From positions 282-64,281 of the forward strand of contig JAZDMN010000049.1 in the NCBI GenBank assembly GCA_043800955.1: a stretch of DNA of 64,000 nucleotides, given 5' to 3'. Source of the DNA: Candidatus Micrarchaeota archaeon. Lineage in GTDB: Archaea > Micrarchaeota > Micrarchaeia > Anstonellales > Bilamarchaeaceae. Made by a program: the position numbers and the translations under genes. The notes under the pieces were generated by a model, which was given only the letters and a program-made list of their open reading frames with translations, had not been told where the DNA came from and did no database searches. Below, piece after piece: positions 27,397-35,624 of the stretch. The first letter of the stretch is position 1. Each line of letters begins with the position of its first letter.

Positions 27397-29235
27397 TCAG
27401 CACTTCCAGAATTCCGATACGGCATCCTCCGGATTCCCGGTGAGGACCGTCCTCTCATCGCGGCTGAGTATCCAGTTGTACTTATTCCATTTGAAACGCT
27501 CGTCCATATAAACCACCGCGACGCGGTCGGCCTCCTTCCTCCGGGCGCGCCCTGCCGCCTGCAATGCCTTTATCGTACCGGGGTATAGGTAGCCGTAATC
27601 CCAGCCCCGGCCGAATTTCAAATCGTAATAATCAATCAGCGCGCGCGACTCCAGGCCCATCTCCTCCAATGCGACGCCAACGATGACGACGGTCTTGATT
27701 TCGCCTTCCGGGTAATCGACGCCCTCTGAAAGTGAACCACCCTGTACGCCCAGGAGCACGCCGCCATTTTTGAAATCGCGCAGCATCTTCCTTATTTCGT
27801 GCGGCTTCATCTGAGGGCGCTGGACGATGAGGTTCCGCGACTTGAGGAGCGGCGAGACCGCATCCATGACCTGGTACGACGGGAAGAAAACCGCCGTGCC
27901 CCCCGGCGTGCTGGAAACTATGGCATCGAGCTTGGATGCTATCGCGCTATATTCCTCCATTCCGCGTCTGGCATATCGCGTAGTCAAATCCTCGGTGATT
28001 ATGTTCAGGATGTTTTCGCTCGGGAACGGGGACGGGTAGGTTTTCATCTCGGTCCGCTCGGGCGCAAGGCCAAGGACGTCCCGGTGCATCTCGAGGGGGT
28101 GCATGGTCCCGCTCATCAGTATCGAGGCCGCGCACTCGTTCAGGATTTTTGTAGCCCGTGACGGGTCGAGCATCCTTTTGGAGAGGAAGAAATGCCCCTT
28201 GTCCTTCCGCAGGATGCGCACGCAGCTCTGATCGCCTTCCGGCCACTCGCTTATGAAGCGCGCAAGGCGCAGGCATGCGCTTTTTCTCCCGGTCTCTTCG
28301 ACAAACGCGACGCCCGCGTCTTCGAGCCTCTGCTCTGCTTCCTCAATGTCAAGGCCGAAGCGGCCGAGAAACGACTGGAACGCCTCGCCAGAAACCACGC
28401 GCTCCCGTTCGCCGCCTAGCATCTCTTCGCTCCAGGAGCGGAACTCCTCTTCGACCGGGCCAGCATCCAGCCCTAGGTGCCTCATCTCTTTCGACATGCG
28501 CGAGAAAAGGAAGTCGCTGACATTGCGCGAAAGGCTGCTGCGGACGCGGGAGGAAAGATTGTGCGCCTCGTCCACGATGATTATGGAATTCTCTATGCGC
28601 TTCTTGATTTTCATGAGGAAGATGTCGCGGATGTGCGGGAGCATGATGTGGTGGTAGTCCGCAACGACCACGCGCGACTCTGATGCGAGTTTCAGCAGCC
28701 ATTCGTAGGGGCAGCACAGCTCCTGAGCCCCTTGCTCGATAATCTCATGGTGGGATTTGCCGCTCCCGTACCCTTCGAGGAGCTTCTTGAACCTCGCATC
28801 GGCCTTCGCCTCCTCCCTGCGGTTATAACCGCGCGCGTTCGCAAAGAACGGGCACTCGCATTTCTGCCTCTTTTTAATGCACGCGGTCAGCAGCCCCTCC
28901 GAATCGAGCCCCCGAAGCGAGTCGTCTATGCAGCAGTGCGAGCGGCCGACCATGTCCACGGCGCGGAGGCCGAGCGAATACTTCTTCTCCAGCCCGCGCA
29001 CAACGTCCATCGCTATCCTGTGCTGGGAAATCTTTGGTGTAAGGAAGAAAACGTCGAGGTTCTGCTCGATGGCGCAAGATATCGCAGCCGAAAGCGACGC
29101 GTCTGCCTTACCAGACCCCGTAGGCGCATTCGCAAGGAGAATCTGACGGTACGTTATCGCGCGCTGCATGTCCTCCATCATCTCTTTTTGGAAGGGGCGG
29201 GGGGAGTCATGCCGAAAATAGAGCGCCATATGCAA
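27397..29235 (-). CDS. xpd: XPD/Rad3-family 5'-3' DNA helicase (DinG-like, FeS domain)
   Basis: LLANAPTGSGKAD Walker A, DEAH box IIVDEAHNL, four Cys in the HD1 insertion. Confidence 0.75.
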   Translation of the reverse strand: MHMALYFRHDSPRPFQKEMMEDMQRAITYRQILLANAPTGSGKADASLSAAISCAIEQNLDVFFLTPKISQHRIAMDVVRGLEKKYSLGLRAVDMVGRSHCCIDDSLRGLDSEGLLTACIKKRQKCECPFFANARGYNRREEAKADARFKKLLEGYGSGKSHHEIIEQGAQELCCPYEWLLKLASESRVVVADYHHIMLPHIRDIFLMKIKKRIENSIIIVDEAHNLSSRVRSSLSRNVSDFLFSRMSKEMRHLGLDAGPVEEEFRSWSEEMLGGERERVVSGEAFQSFLGRFGLDIEEAEQRLEDAGVAFVEETGRKSACLRLARFISEWPEGDQSCVRILRKDKGHFFLSKRMLDPSRATKILNECAASILMSGTMHPLEMHRDVLGLAPERTEMKTYPSPFPSENILNIITEDLTTRYARRGMEEYSAIASKLDAIVSSTPGGTAVFFPSYQVMDAVSPLLKSRNLIVQRPQMKPHEIRKMLRDFKNGGVLLGVQGGSLSEGVDYPEGEIKTVVIVGVALEEMGLESRALIDYYDLKFGRGWDYGYLYPGTIKALQAAGRARRKEADRVAVVYMDERFKWNKYNWILSRDERTVLTGNPEDAVSEFWKC

Positions 29236-29341
29236 TGGGTTTGCCAGCCATGATATTTAAGCACGGGCATGGGTTCATTTCCGCGAGAGCTGGAACGGAT
29301 GGAGTTTAAATTTCCTAAGCCGATAGGGTATATGGTTTGAG

Positions 29342-30058
29342 ATGAAATTCCTCTACAACGCGCCTGCGATATTCTACCGGGGCGCGCTCATTGTCGGCGA
29401 CACGCATTTCGGGATGGAACAGAAGCTCCGCCGAAAAGGCATATACGACGGCCAGTTCAGCATGCGCCAATACGAAAGGCTGAAACAGCTCATCATCACG
29501 CACAAGGCGAAGAAGCTCATCCTCCTTGGCGATGTGAAGGAGGATATAACGATGCTCGATGCGGAAACCGAAAGCATCCTCGCGAAGCTATCGATGCTGT
29601 GCGAGCTGATTATCGTGCGCGGAAACCATGATGGCGGCATCGAGCGATGCGGCAACGCGAAGGTTGTCGGGGCCGAGGGCTTCGCCTATGGGAAGCTCGG
29701 CCTGCTGCACGGGCATTCATGGCCAGAAAAGGAGCTCATGCTCTGCGACTACCTTGTGATGGGCCACCAGCACCCCATGATTGCGCAGACGGATGCGTTC
29801 GGAAAAAAGCGCACGGAGCCGGCATGGATGATTGCGCCCTGCGATGCGAATGCCATTTCAGCGCGCTATAAAAAATTCAACAAGGCCGTCTCACTCATCA
29901 TGATGCCCGCGTTCAATCCTTTGGTCGGTTCTGCAGTAAATATCGACGAGAAAGAGCATCTTGGGCCGATTCTTAACAACAAACTATTTAAACTCAACGA
30001 TGCAATAGTGTTTCGTCTGGACGGCACTTGTCTGGGAAAACTTGAAAATATAAGATGA
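29342..30058 (+). CDS. calcineurin-like metallophosphoesterase
   Basis: GDTHFG, LILLGDVKED, VRGNHDG, GHSW, GHQH motifs. Confidence 0.65.
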   Translation: MKFLYNAPAIFYRGALIVGDTHFGMEQKLRRKGIYDGQFSMRQYERLKQLIITHKAKKLILLGDVKEDITMLDAETESILAKLSMLCELIIVRGNHDGGIERCGNAKVVGAEGFAYGKLGLLHGHSWPEKELMLCDYLVMGHQHPMIAQTDAFGKKRTEPAWMIAPCDANAISARYKKFNKAVSLIMMPAFNPLVGSAVNIDEKEHLGPILNNKLFKLNDAIVFRLDGTCLGKLENIR

Positions 30059-30067
30059 GGCGACCAC

Positions 30068-30319
30068 ATGGGCGGAAACCGAAGGGGAAGGCAGAAGCTT
30101 GAAACTTGTTCATCATGCGGTCGGGCTGTGCCGCGTGGCAAGGCCGTTGAATACAGCACCAGGACTCATTTTACTACTGACCTAAAGGAAGACAATGTGA
30201 CATATACCGGTTTCGTTGACCAGTATTACTGCATCAGCTGCGCCAAGCACAGAAGGATTTTCGAAAAGAAGAAGGAGCAGGCCCAGCGGCTCAAAGAAAA
30301 GAGGCAGCTCTATGGATGA
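30068..30319 (+). CDS. rps26e: ribosomal protein eS26
   Basis: Zinc ribbon CSSCGRAVPRGKA ... YYCISCAKH parallels eS26 CxxC..VPKDKA...YCVSCAIH. Confidence 0.7.
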   Translation: MGGNRRGRQKLETCSSCGRAVPRGKAVEYSTRTHFTTDLKEDNVTYTGFVDQYYCISCAKHRRIFEKKKEQAQRLKEKRQLYG

Positions 30320-30605
30320 AATATCCTTCGATGGAAAGAAATACATTGCGTTGAAGCAGGATATCGGAAACCTCCCATTGATTGTCGTGAAGGCCAGGAA
30401 AGGGTACATCGCGTGCAGCTACATTGACAAGGAAACGGCCGAGAAGGTGGGCGACATAGCCGCATTCGTCTCGGGCGTGAAATGCCTCGAAGACCTCAAG
30501 AAGGCCAAGATAAGGCAGGCGACCACATGGGCCGAGGACTTGGGGATAAGGGAGGGCATGAGCGTCAAGAAGGCCCTTGAAATCATGGATATCGCGAGCG
30601 AATGA
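30312..30605 (+). CDS. small hypothetical protein (~97 aa)
   Basis: MDEISFDGKKYIALKQDIGNLPLIVVKARKGYIACSY...; compact, conserved-looking, no motif. Confidence 0.4.
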   Translation: MDEISFDGKKYIALKQDIGNLPLIVVKARKGYIACSYIDKETAEKVGDIAAFVSGVKCLEDLKKAKIRQATTWAEDLGIREGMSVKKALEIMDIASE

Positions 30606-31122
30606 CCCCTATCACGAACAAAGGCAGGACATATATTATTGCGCAGATGTTGTTTGGATTCGACGTGTAGTAGTTCTCAGGCGCAAGCATCGACAGGCGC
30701 CCCACATTGTCGTAGCAGGTCTCCCTAGTCACAGTGTCCCCGAAAAGCTGGGAACCGAAATTGTCCCTCTGGGTTATGTAGCCGCACATATCCGGGTAGC
30801 GCGTGATTTTCGATATCTCGAAATAGCACTGGTTGGTTACGAGCTCGGCCTTCTTCCTCTGATCGCTGCCAGAATCAGGGTCTATTGGAGCGCCGAAACG
30901 GACCCATATCTCCTCGCATAAATCGCGCGCGCGGTCGCACATCTGGCCAGGTCCGCACAGGTACGCGGCGGTGATGGCCGAAGCGTAGTAGCAGTTCATC
31001 TTCTCCGAGTTGCGGACGATTGAGGGATCGGATTCGCATTCCTCTGGTGTCCGCAGCCCCAGGGCTCCGCTGAGCATGAAAAACGCGAGGATGACGGAGA
31101 CGGATAGTATTGCCAGTCTCAC
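30583..31122 (-). CDS. secreted Cys-rich hypothetical protein
   Basis: Signal peptide then 10+ Cys in 150 aa. Confidence 0.45.
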   Translation of the reverse strand: MRLAILSVSVILAFFMLSGALGLRTPEECESDPSIVRNSEKMNCYYASAITAAYLCGPGQMCDRARDLCEEIWVRFGAPIDPDSGSDQRKKAELVTNQCYFEISKITRYPDMCGYITQRDNFGSQLFGDTVTRETCYDNVGRLSMLAPENYYTSNPNNICAIIYVLPLFVIGVIRSRYP

Positions 31123-31685
31123 GCCGACCGCTTCTCCGCATAAGGCTTGAGAAGCGCCTTGGCCTTGCCAAGCACGATGCGGATTTCCTTCTCGTTCTTG
31201 GCCCCTGCGCAGATGACCTTCCCGTTCTTGAAAAGGAGGAGCGAGGCCTTGGGTTCCTTGAACTTGAGGATTGCGCCCGGGAACTGCTCGGGCTCGTATT
31301 CGACATCCTTAATCTTGGAGGCGATTTTGTAGAGGTCGAGCTCCAGGCCCAGGTTGGCCTATGCGACGATGTTCGTTATCTCGATGTGGGGCTTCTTGGT
31401 CTTGGTGATTTTCTTGGCATACGGCGTGAGCATTTTTATGGTGCGGGCAATCGTCTTCTCTATCATATCCCTCTTCTTGCACCCCACGCATACGACCTTC
31501 CCGTTCTTGAAAAGGAGGAGCGAGGCCTTTGCCGGCTCCTTGAATTTCAGTATCGCGCCCGGGAACTGCTCGGGCTCGTACTCTATCTCCGGTATCTTGT
31601 TTGCCAAGGCATACAAATCGAGCTCGAGGCCCAGAGAAGCAGACGCCACCATGTTCGTAATGACGAATTCAATCGGTTTAGACAA
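31119..31685 (-). CDS. tbp: TATA-box binding protein with in-frame TAG at 31359-31361 between the two repeats
   Basis: Repeat 1 ITNMVASASLGLELDLY...EYEPEQFPGAILKFKEP, repeat 2 ITNIVA*ANLGLELDLY...EYEPEQFPGAILKFKEP in the same frame; continuous frame to TGA at ~31119; antisense ORF 31110-31709 is an artefact. Confidence 0.7.
31130..31680 (-). repeat. intragenic tandem duplication inside tbp, ~279 nt period, includes 36-nt perfect copy
   Basis: gaccttcccgttcttgaaaaggaggagcgaggcctt occurs at 31215-31250 and 31494-31529; gcgcccgggaactgctcgggctcgta also duplicated. Confidence 0.7.
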
Positions 31686-31806
31686 GAAATCACCCGTATC
31701 CGGCAGTAGTAGCCGGACAGATATAAGTATAACATTTATAAAGGAAGCAATTGTTTAAAAAGACTTTCTCTCATTCATTCTCGTAAACTAATTGCTCGTG
31801 ATTCAT

Positions 31807-32082
31807 ATGGTCAAGCCGTCAAAGGGATTTTTCAACAGGAGGACTAGGAAGCTCAAGGGCAAGAGCGTGAACAGCGTCGCGAAGCTCGTGCGCACGTTCC
31901 GCGTCGGTGACAAGGTCATAATCGCGCCGAGGGCGAAATTCAAGGGCCTTCCGCATCTGCGATATTCGAGCAGGCACGGTATTATTAGGGAGAGAAGGGG
32001 CAAGAGCTATCTTGTGGAAGTGAAGGACATGAAAAGCACGAAGACCGTGATTGTCGGCTCTGTCCACCTCAAAATGTCATAG
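31807..32082 (+). CDS. rpl21e: ribosomal protein eL21
   Basis: MVKPSKGFFNRRTRKLKGK...GDKVIIAPRAKFKGLPHLRYSSRHGII; conserved L21e-RpoF-DUF655 gene order. Confidence 0.75.
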   Translation: MVKPSKGFFNRRTRKLKGKSVNSVAKLVRTFRVGDKVIIAPRAKFKGLPHLRYSSRHGIIRERRGKSYLVEVKDMKSTKTVIVGSVHLKMS

Positions 32083-32409
32083 GTGTTGCTTATGCAGGTC
32101 AAATCAACCAGGCCGGTCTCGGTTTGCGAGGCCAAGGAGATACTAGTCAAAAGGAAAGAGGATGGCGAGCTTGGCTACGAGCAGGGCCAGGCGCACGACA
32201 ACTCCGAGCGCTTCGGCACGATGGACCCGAAGAAAGCCGAGAAACTTGTCGAGATGCTCAAGGGATTCGGGAAGATAACCGATGAGCTTGCAATCAAGAT
32301 AGTCGACATACGCCCGGACAATGCCGCAACCCTTAGGGCTGTGCTTGTCAAGGATAGGGTCGAGCTTTCCGAAGACGATTTGAACACAATCGTCAAGGAG
32401 CTGGCATAA
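32083..32409 (+). CDS. rpoF: DNA-directed RNA polymerase subunit Rpo4/F (Rpb4 homolog)
   Basis: 108 aa helical protein directly after eL21 and before DUF655, the conserved archaeal arrangement. Confidence 0.65.
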   Translation: MLLMQVKSTRPVSVCEAKEILVKRKEDGELGYEQGQAHDNSERFGTMDPKKAEKLVEMLKGFGKITDELAIKIVDIRPDNAATLRAVLVKDRVELSEDDLNTIVKELA

Positions 32410-32417
32410 TAGGGGGG

Positions 32418-32984
32418 ATGATGATGGAAGATTTTGCATGGGTCATCGAGTATATGCCATCAGGCCACGCCGATGCGCTCCGGAGGGAGCCGGCTGTCCA
32501 GCTTCTCGGCACCAGGTTCTTCACGCTTCTTGAGGCTTCTGTGACTCCGACCGCCTCCATCGTGGTCGGGCAGAAGGTCTGCGTCGGCAAGGAAGGCAGG
32601 AAGGAAGTGTCCCATATAAAGGGGAGAATCAAGTTCGAGGACCTGACAGGCGGGGCCAGGGAATTCCTTCCGGTCATGATAAAGAAGGCGATAGCCGAGC
32701 GCGAGGCGGATTTCGTCAATTTCATCAATTCCGCAAAGCCAATTTCAATCCGAGTCCACACGCTTGACCTGCTTCCAGGCATAGGGAAGAAGAACATGGA
32801 ATCGCTCCTGCGCGAGCGGGAAGCCAAACCGTTCGAGTCGTTTGCCGACATCCATGCGCGCGTGCCGACTCTGGCCGACCCGATGGGCGTCTTCGTGCAC
32901 AGGATAATGAGCGAGCTTGAGGGGAAGGAGAAGTACTACCTTTTCACCAAGCCCCCTTTCCAGCCAAGGTTCGGGCCAAGATAG
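32418..32984 (+). CDS. DUF655-family protein (helix-hairpin-helix, putative RNA-binding)
   Basis: WVIEYMPSGHA ... LDLLPGIGKKNMESLL HhH motif; conserved partner of rpoF. Confidence 0.6.
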   Translation: MMMEDFAWVIEYMPSGHADALRREPAVQLLGTRFFTLLEASVTPTASIVVGQKVCVGKEGRKEVSHIKGRIKFEDLTGGAREFLPVMIKKAIAEREADFVNFINSAKPISIRVHTLDLLPGIGKKNMESLLREREAKPFESFADIHARVPTLADPMGVFVHRIMSELEGKEKYYLFTKPPFQPRFGPR

Positions 32985-34236
32985 GATGATAAGATACTCC
33001 ATTTTCATTTTACTCCTTTTCAGTTCCGTATTCGCGGCAGGCGTCACCATTGGCAATGACGCGAACGCTTCCGCGGTCATGATAGGGATTTACGCGCAGG
33101 TGGAGACCAACGCCACAACACAGGCGGAATACGAGTCGTTCCTCGGCGAGAATTCGCTCATCGTCCTTGGAAGCAGCATGGACATAAGCGAGCGCATCCT
33201 TCTTGATGGCGCAAAGTCGCAGAACCCGTGGCTCGCAAAGGCGCAGGAAGGCAACGACAGCGCGGCAGTGCGGACGGCGATACTTTCGGGCAGGCATCCG
33301 CTGGCGCTCCTTATCGGCGGCCCGGAGCAGAACAATATCACCGCGTATGGCATCGCAAACGGATGGTTCAACGACACGCGAACTGTCGAAGGCGGTTTAA
33401 TCGTCAAGAGCGGCAAGCTCCCAAACGGAGCCGTGGTCGTTGCAATATCCGACAAGATGGGCTTTGAGCCCGGCGCGGTGAAGAATGAGGGCGCGAAGTA
33501 CTCGCCGCTGAATGCGGTGATGGCGCCTGAATACGTTCCCGTAGCCGCAACGGGGATTTCGCTCATCTTGCTCATACTCATCAACGTCGGAAGGACCGTC
33601 TTCGAGTTCAAAGCGCTCGATTTAGGCCGCAAGGGCAGGAAAGTCGGCGAGGGCGCCATGATGTACCGGGGCTACAACGTCACCGAGGGCCTTGCGATAG
33701 TCGGGGCATCGGCTGTGCTCGGCGTATCGATAAGCTGGCAGTACTTCGGCCCGAGCGGGGATTTCGTTTTCTGGGTCTTTGTGAACACCATCATCTGCCT
33801 TCTTGGCGCGATATTGCACGAAGTGACGCACAGGATTTTTGCGCACTATTTCAATATAAAAATGGAATACCGGTTCTGGACCGAAGGTTCGGCCCTCACA
33901 TTAGTCAGCTCATACCTCGGAAACGCGTTTTCTATTCAGGCGTTCATACTTGAGGAGATTCCCAAGGATGTGCCCAAATGGAAGGTGGGGCTGATGAAGC
34001 TTTCTGCACCGCTTGTAAGCGCGCTTGTGATGGTAATTTTCGCCTTCCTTTACTACCAGTCCCCGAACCCAGTGTTCAAGACGGTCTATTCAACAAGCGC
34101 CCTCTGGGCGATTGCCGAGATACTGCCATTCGGCTCACTGGATGGCAAGGACATAAAGGACTGGAGCCACACTATTTGGTTCGTCTCGTTCTGCTTCATC
34201 GGGATGACGTACCTTGCAGTCACATTCCTCATATAG
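32983..34236 (+). CDS. site-2 protease family (M50-like) intramembrane zinc metalloprotease with extracytoplasmic domain
   Basis: Membrane-embedded HEVTHRIFAHYF (HExxH) and downstream LPFGSLDG motif within TM helices. Confidence 0.6.
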   Translation, partial: RMIRYSIFILLLFSSVFAAGVTIGNDANASAVMIGIYAQVETNATTQAEYESFLGENSLIVLGSSMDISERILLDGAKSQNPWLAKAQEGNDSAAVRTAILSGRHPLALLIGGPEQNNITAYGIANGWFNDTRTVEGGLIVKSGKLPNGAVVVAISDKMGFEPGAVKNEGAKYSPLNAVMAPEYVPVAATGISLILLILINVGRTVFEFKALDLGRKGRKVGEGAMMYRGYNVTEGLAIVGASAVLGVSISWQYFGPSGDFVFWVFVNTIICLLGAILHEVTHRIFAHYFNIKMEYRFWTEGSALTLVSSYLGNAFSIQAFILEEIPKDVPKWKVGLMKLSAPLVSALVMVIFAFLYYQSPNPVFKTVYSTSALWAIAEILPFGSLDGKDIKDWSHTIWFVSFCFIGMTYLAVTFLI

Positions 34237-34263
34237 GATTATATTCGGGAACGGGGAAAGAGG

Positions 34264-35160
34264 TCAGTAGATATCGAGGGCGTGCGCGAGGCAGCCTGAA
34301 AGCGCGTCGGCGAAATCCTCGGCATCCTGGTAGCGCTTGTGCGGCTCCTTTTCAAGGGCCCGGGCCACCGCGTAGGAAAGGCGTTTTGGAATCGAAGGAT
34401 TCCGCATATGGAGCGGGACCGCGGAGGCTGAGCGATGCACGCGGAAGTATTCCTCCGTCTCGTCCCTGTCGGCGAAGGTAACATACGGATACCAGCGCGA
34501 AAGGAACTGGTAGATTATCATCCCCAGCGAATATATGTCCGCCCTTCGGTCGATGAATGCCCGGGGGTATGTCTGTTCCGGCGCCATGAACATGGGGGTC
34601 CCAACGGCGATATCCACCCTCATGGCGAAATCCTGCATCCCGGGCACTATGGAATATCCGTAATCCAGAAGGCTGACCGCGCTTTTATCCATGCTCAGGA
34701 CGAGATTGGACGGCTTGACGTCCCTGTGAACTATCCCTGCGCTATGAAGTGTCGAGAGGATGTCGCAAACACGGATTGTGAGTTCGATAATCCTCCTGGA
34801 TTCGTTCAGGTTATTTAAGGAGAATGTGAGGCCGTCCTTGAATTCCTCGACGATATATGGGTCAGGCCCGGTAAGTTTGGAGTCGAATATGCAAGGAACG
34901 CCCCCGTGTCTGACAAGCGAGAGCGCACGCGCTTCGGTTTTAAGAGTGTAATGGGCGTTTCTGTTCCCCAGCTTATCCCCGCGAATGCGCTTCAGTGCGA
35001 CATTGGATCCTGTTTGCTCATCCTTCGCAAGATGCACGATAGCTACCGCTCCGCATCCGATTTCCTTCAGAGGCTGATATCTCCTGTCTATGATGTCGAA
35101 CAGGTCGCGGCCGACCGGCTCCTGGTGCCTATGGCGTGGCCTGCGGGGATTTCTATGCAT
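34264..35160 (-). CDS. eukaryotic-like Ser/Thr protein kinase
   Basis: Gly loop IGCGAVAIVHLA, catalytic HRDVKPSNLVL, DYG, APE-like motifs; start moved to Met at ~35160 because the longer ORF overlaps a tRNA gene and a TATA box (tttataaa) lies ~25 nt upstream of this Met. Confidence 0.7.
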   Translation of the reverse strand: MHRNPRRPRHRHQEPVGRDLFDIIDRRYQPLKEIGCGAVAIVHLAKDEQTGSNVALKRIRGDKLGNRNAHYTLKTEARALSLVRHGGVPCIFDSKLTGPDPYIVEEFKDGLTFSLNNLNESRRIIELTIRVCDILSTLHSAGIVHRDVKPSNLVLSMDKSAVSLLDYGYSIVPGMQDFAMRVDIAVGTPMFMAPEQTYPRAFIDRRADIYSLGMIIYQFLSRWYPYVTFADRDETEEYFRVHRSASAVPLHMRNPSIPKRLSYAVARALEKEPHKRYQDAEDFADALSGCLAHALDIY

Positions 35161-35182
35161 ACGGTATATATAATGCCGGAAA

Positions 35183-35192
35183 AGGTTTATAA
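35183..35192 (-). promoter_or_regulatory. TATA box (TTTATAAA) with purine-rich BRE for the kinase gene
   Basis: Canonical archaeal TATA at -25 relative to the ATG at 35160. Confidence 0.5.
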
Positions 35193-35221
35193 AACATACA
35201 TTTACATATATGGCGACAGAA

Positions 35222-35460
35222 AACTGGAAAAGGGGATGCCAGAAACTGGAGACTAGAGACTGAAGACCATAAAAAACTACTGGGCCCGTTGTGAACGGCA
35301 ATCCGTTCACTTCCTGCCCAATTATGCCTGAGGCACAACTCTGGACTGGAAACTGGGAACCGGAAGTATAATTGGGCCCGTTGTGGCTGCAGCCACTTCG
35401 TTCCCATTTTTCCATGAGGTCCGAAACAGGAAACCGGAAACTGGAAGCTGAGGGAAAAAT
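35222..35460 (-). repeat. Two degenerate direct repeats of the tRNA 3' end (hairpin + AACGGGCCCA) with shared CCAGTTTCC flank motif
   Basis: Minus strand reads GTGAACGGATTGCCGTTCAC-AACGGGCCCA (35281-35320) and GTGGCTGCAGCCAC-AACGGGCCCA (35374-35400); the tRNA ends ...CTGGG-CGGGCCCA at 35461; each copy is followed by a CCAGTTTCC-type motif. Confidence 0.5.
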
Positions 35461-35585
35461 GGGCCCGCCCAGGATCGAACTGGGGGTCTTCGCTGTTCCG
35501 AAAACTTTGGGAACCACGTTTTTGTGAAACTTTTTCCCAAAAAGTTTCTGTAAGAGCGACGTCTTAACCACTCGACTACGAGCCC
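35461..35585 (-). tRNA. intron-containing tRNA, probably tRNA-Val (anticodon UAC), ~50 nt intron after position 37
   Basis: Minus-strand acceptor GGGCTCG/CGGGCCC, T-arm CCCAG-TTCGATC-CTGGG, anticodon stem TCGCT/AGCGA with 5' loop CTTACA; intron contains hairpin GAAACTTTTT-GGG-AAAAAGTTTC. Confidence 0.55.
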
Positions 35586-35624
35586 GCGTATTGTGAAAGG
35601 ATTAGTCCCTGAACGGTTTTTTAA

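Noticed and set aside
31110-31709. 199-aa plus-strand ORF covering the TBP locus
   Set aside because: It is the antisense strand of the TBP gene. Its Leu/Arg/Glu-rich translation has no family resemblance, and it stays open only because of TBP codon bias and the internal DNA repeat.
34264-35571. 435-aa version of the Ser/Thr kinase from the ORF track
   Set aside because: Its first ~110 nt overlap the tRNA-Val gene and the downstream repeat region. A canonical TATA box lies ~25 nt upstream of the internal Met at ~35160, so the shorter gene is preferred.
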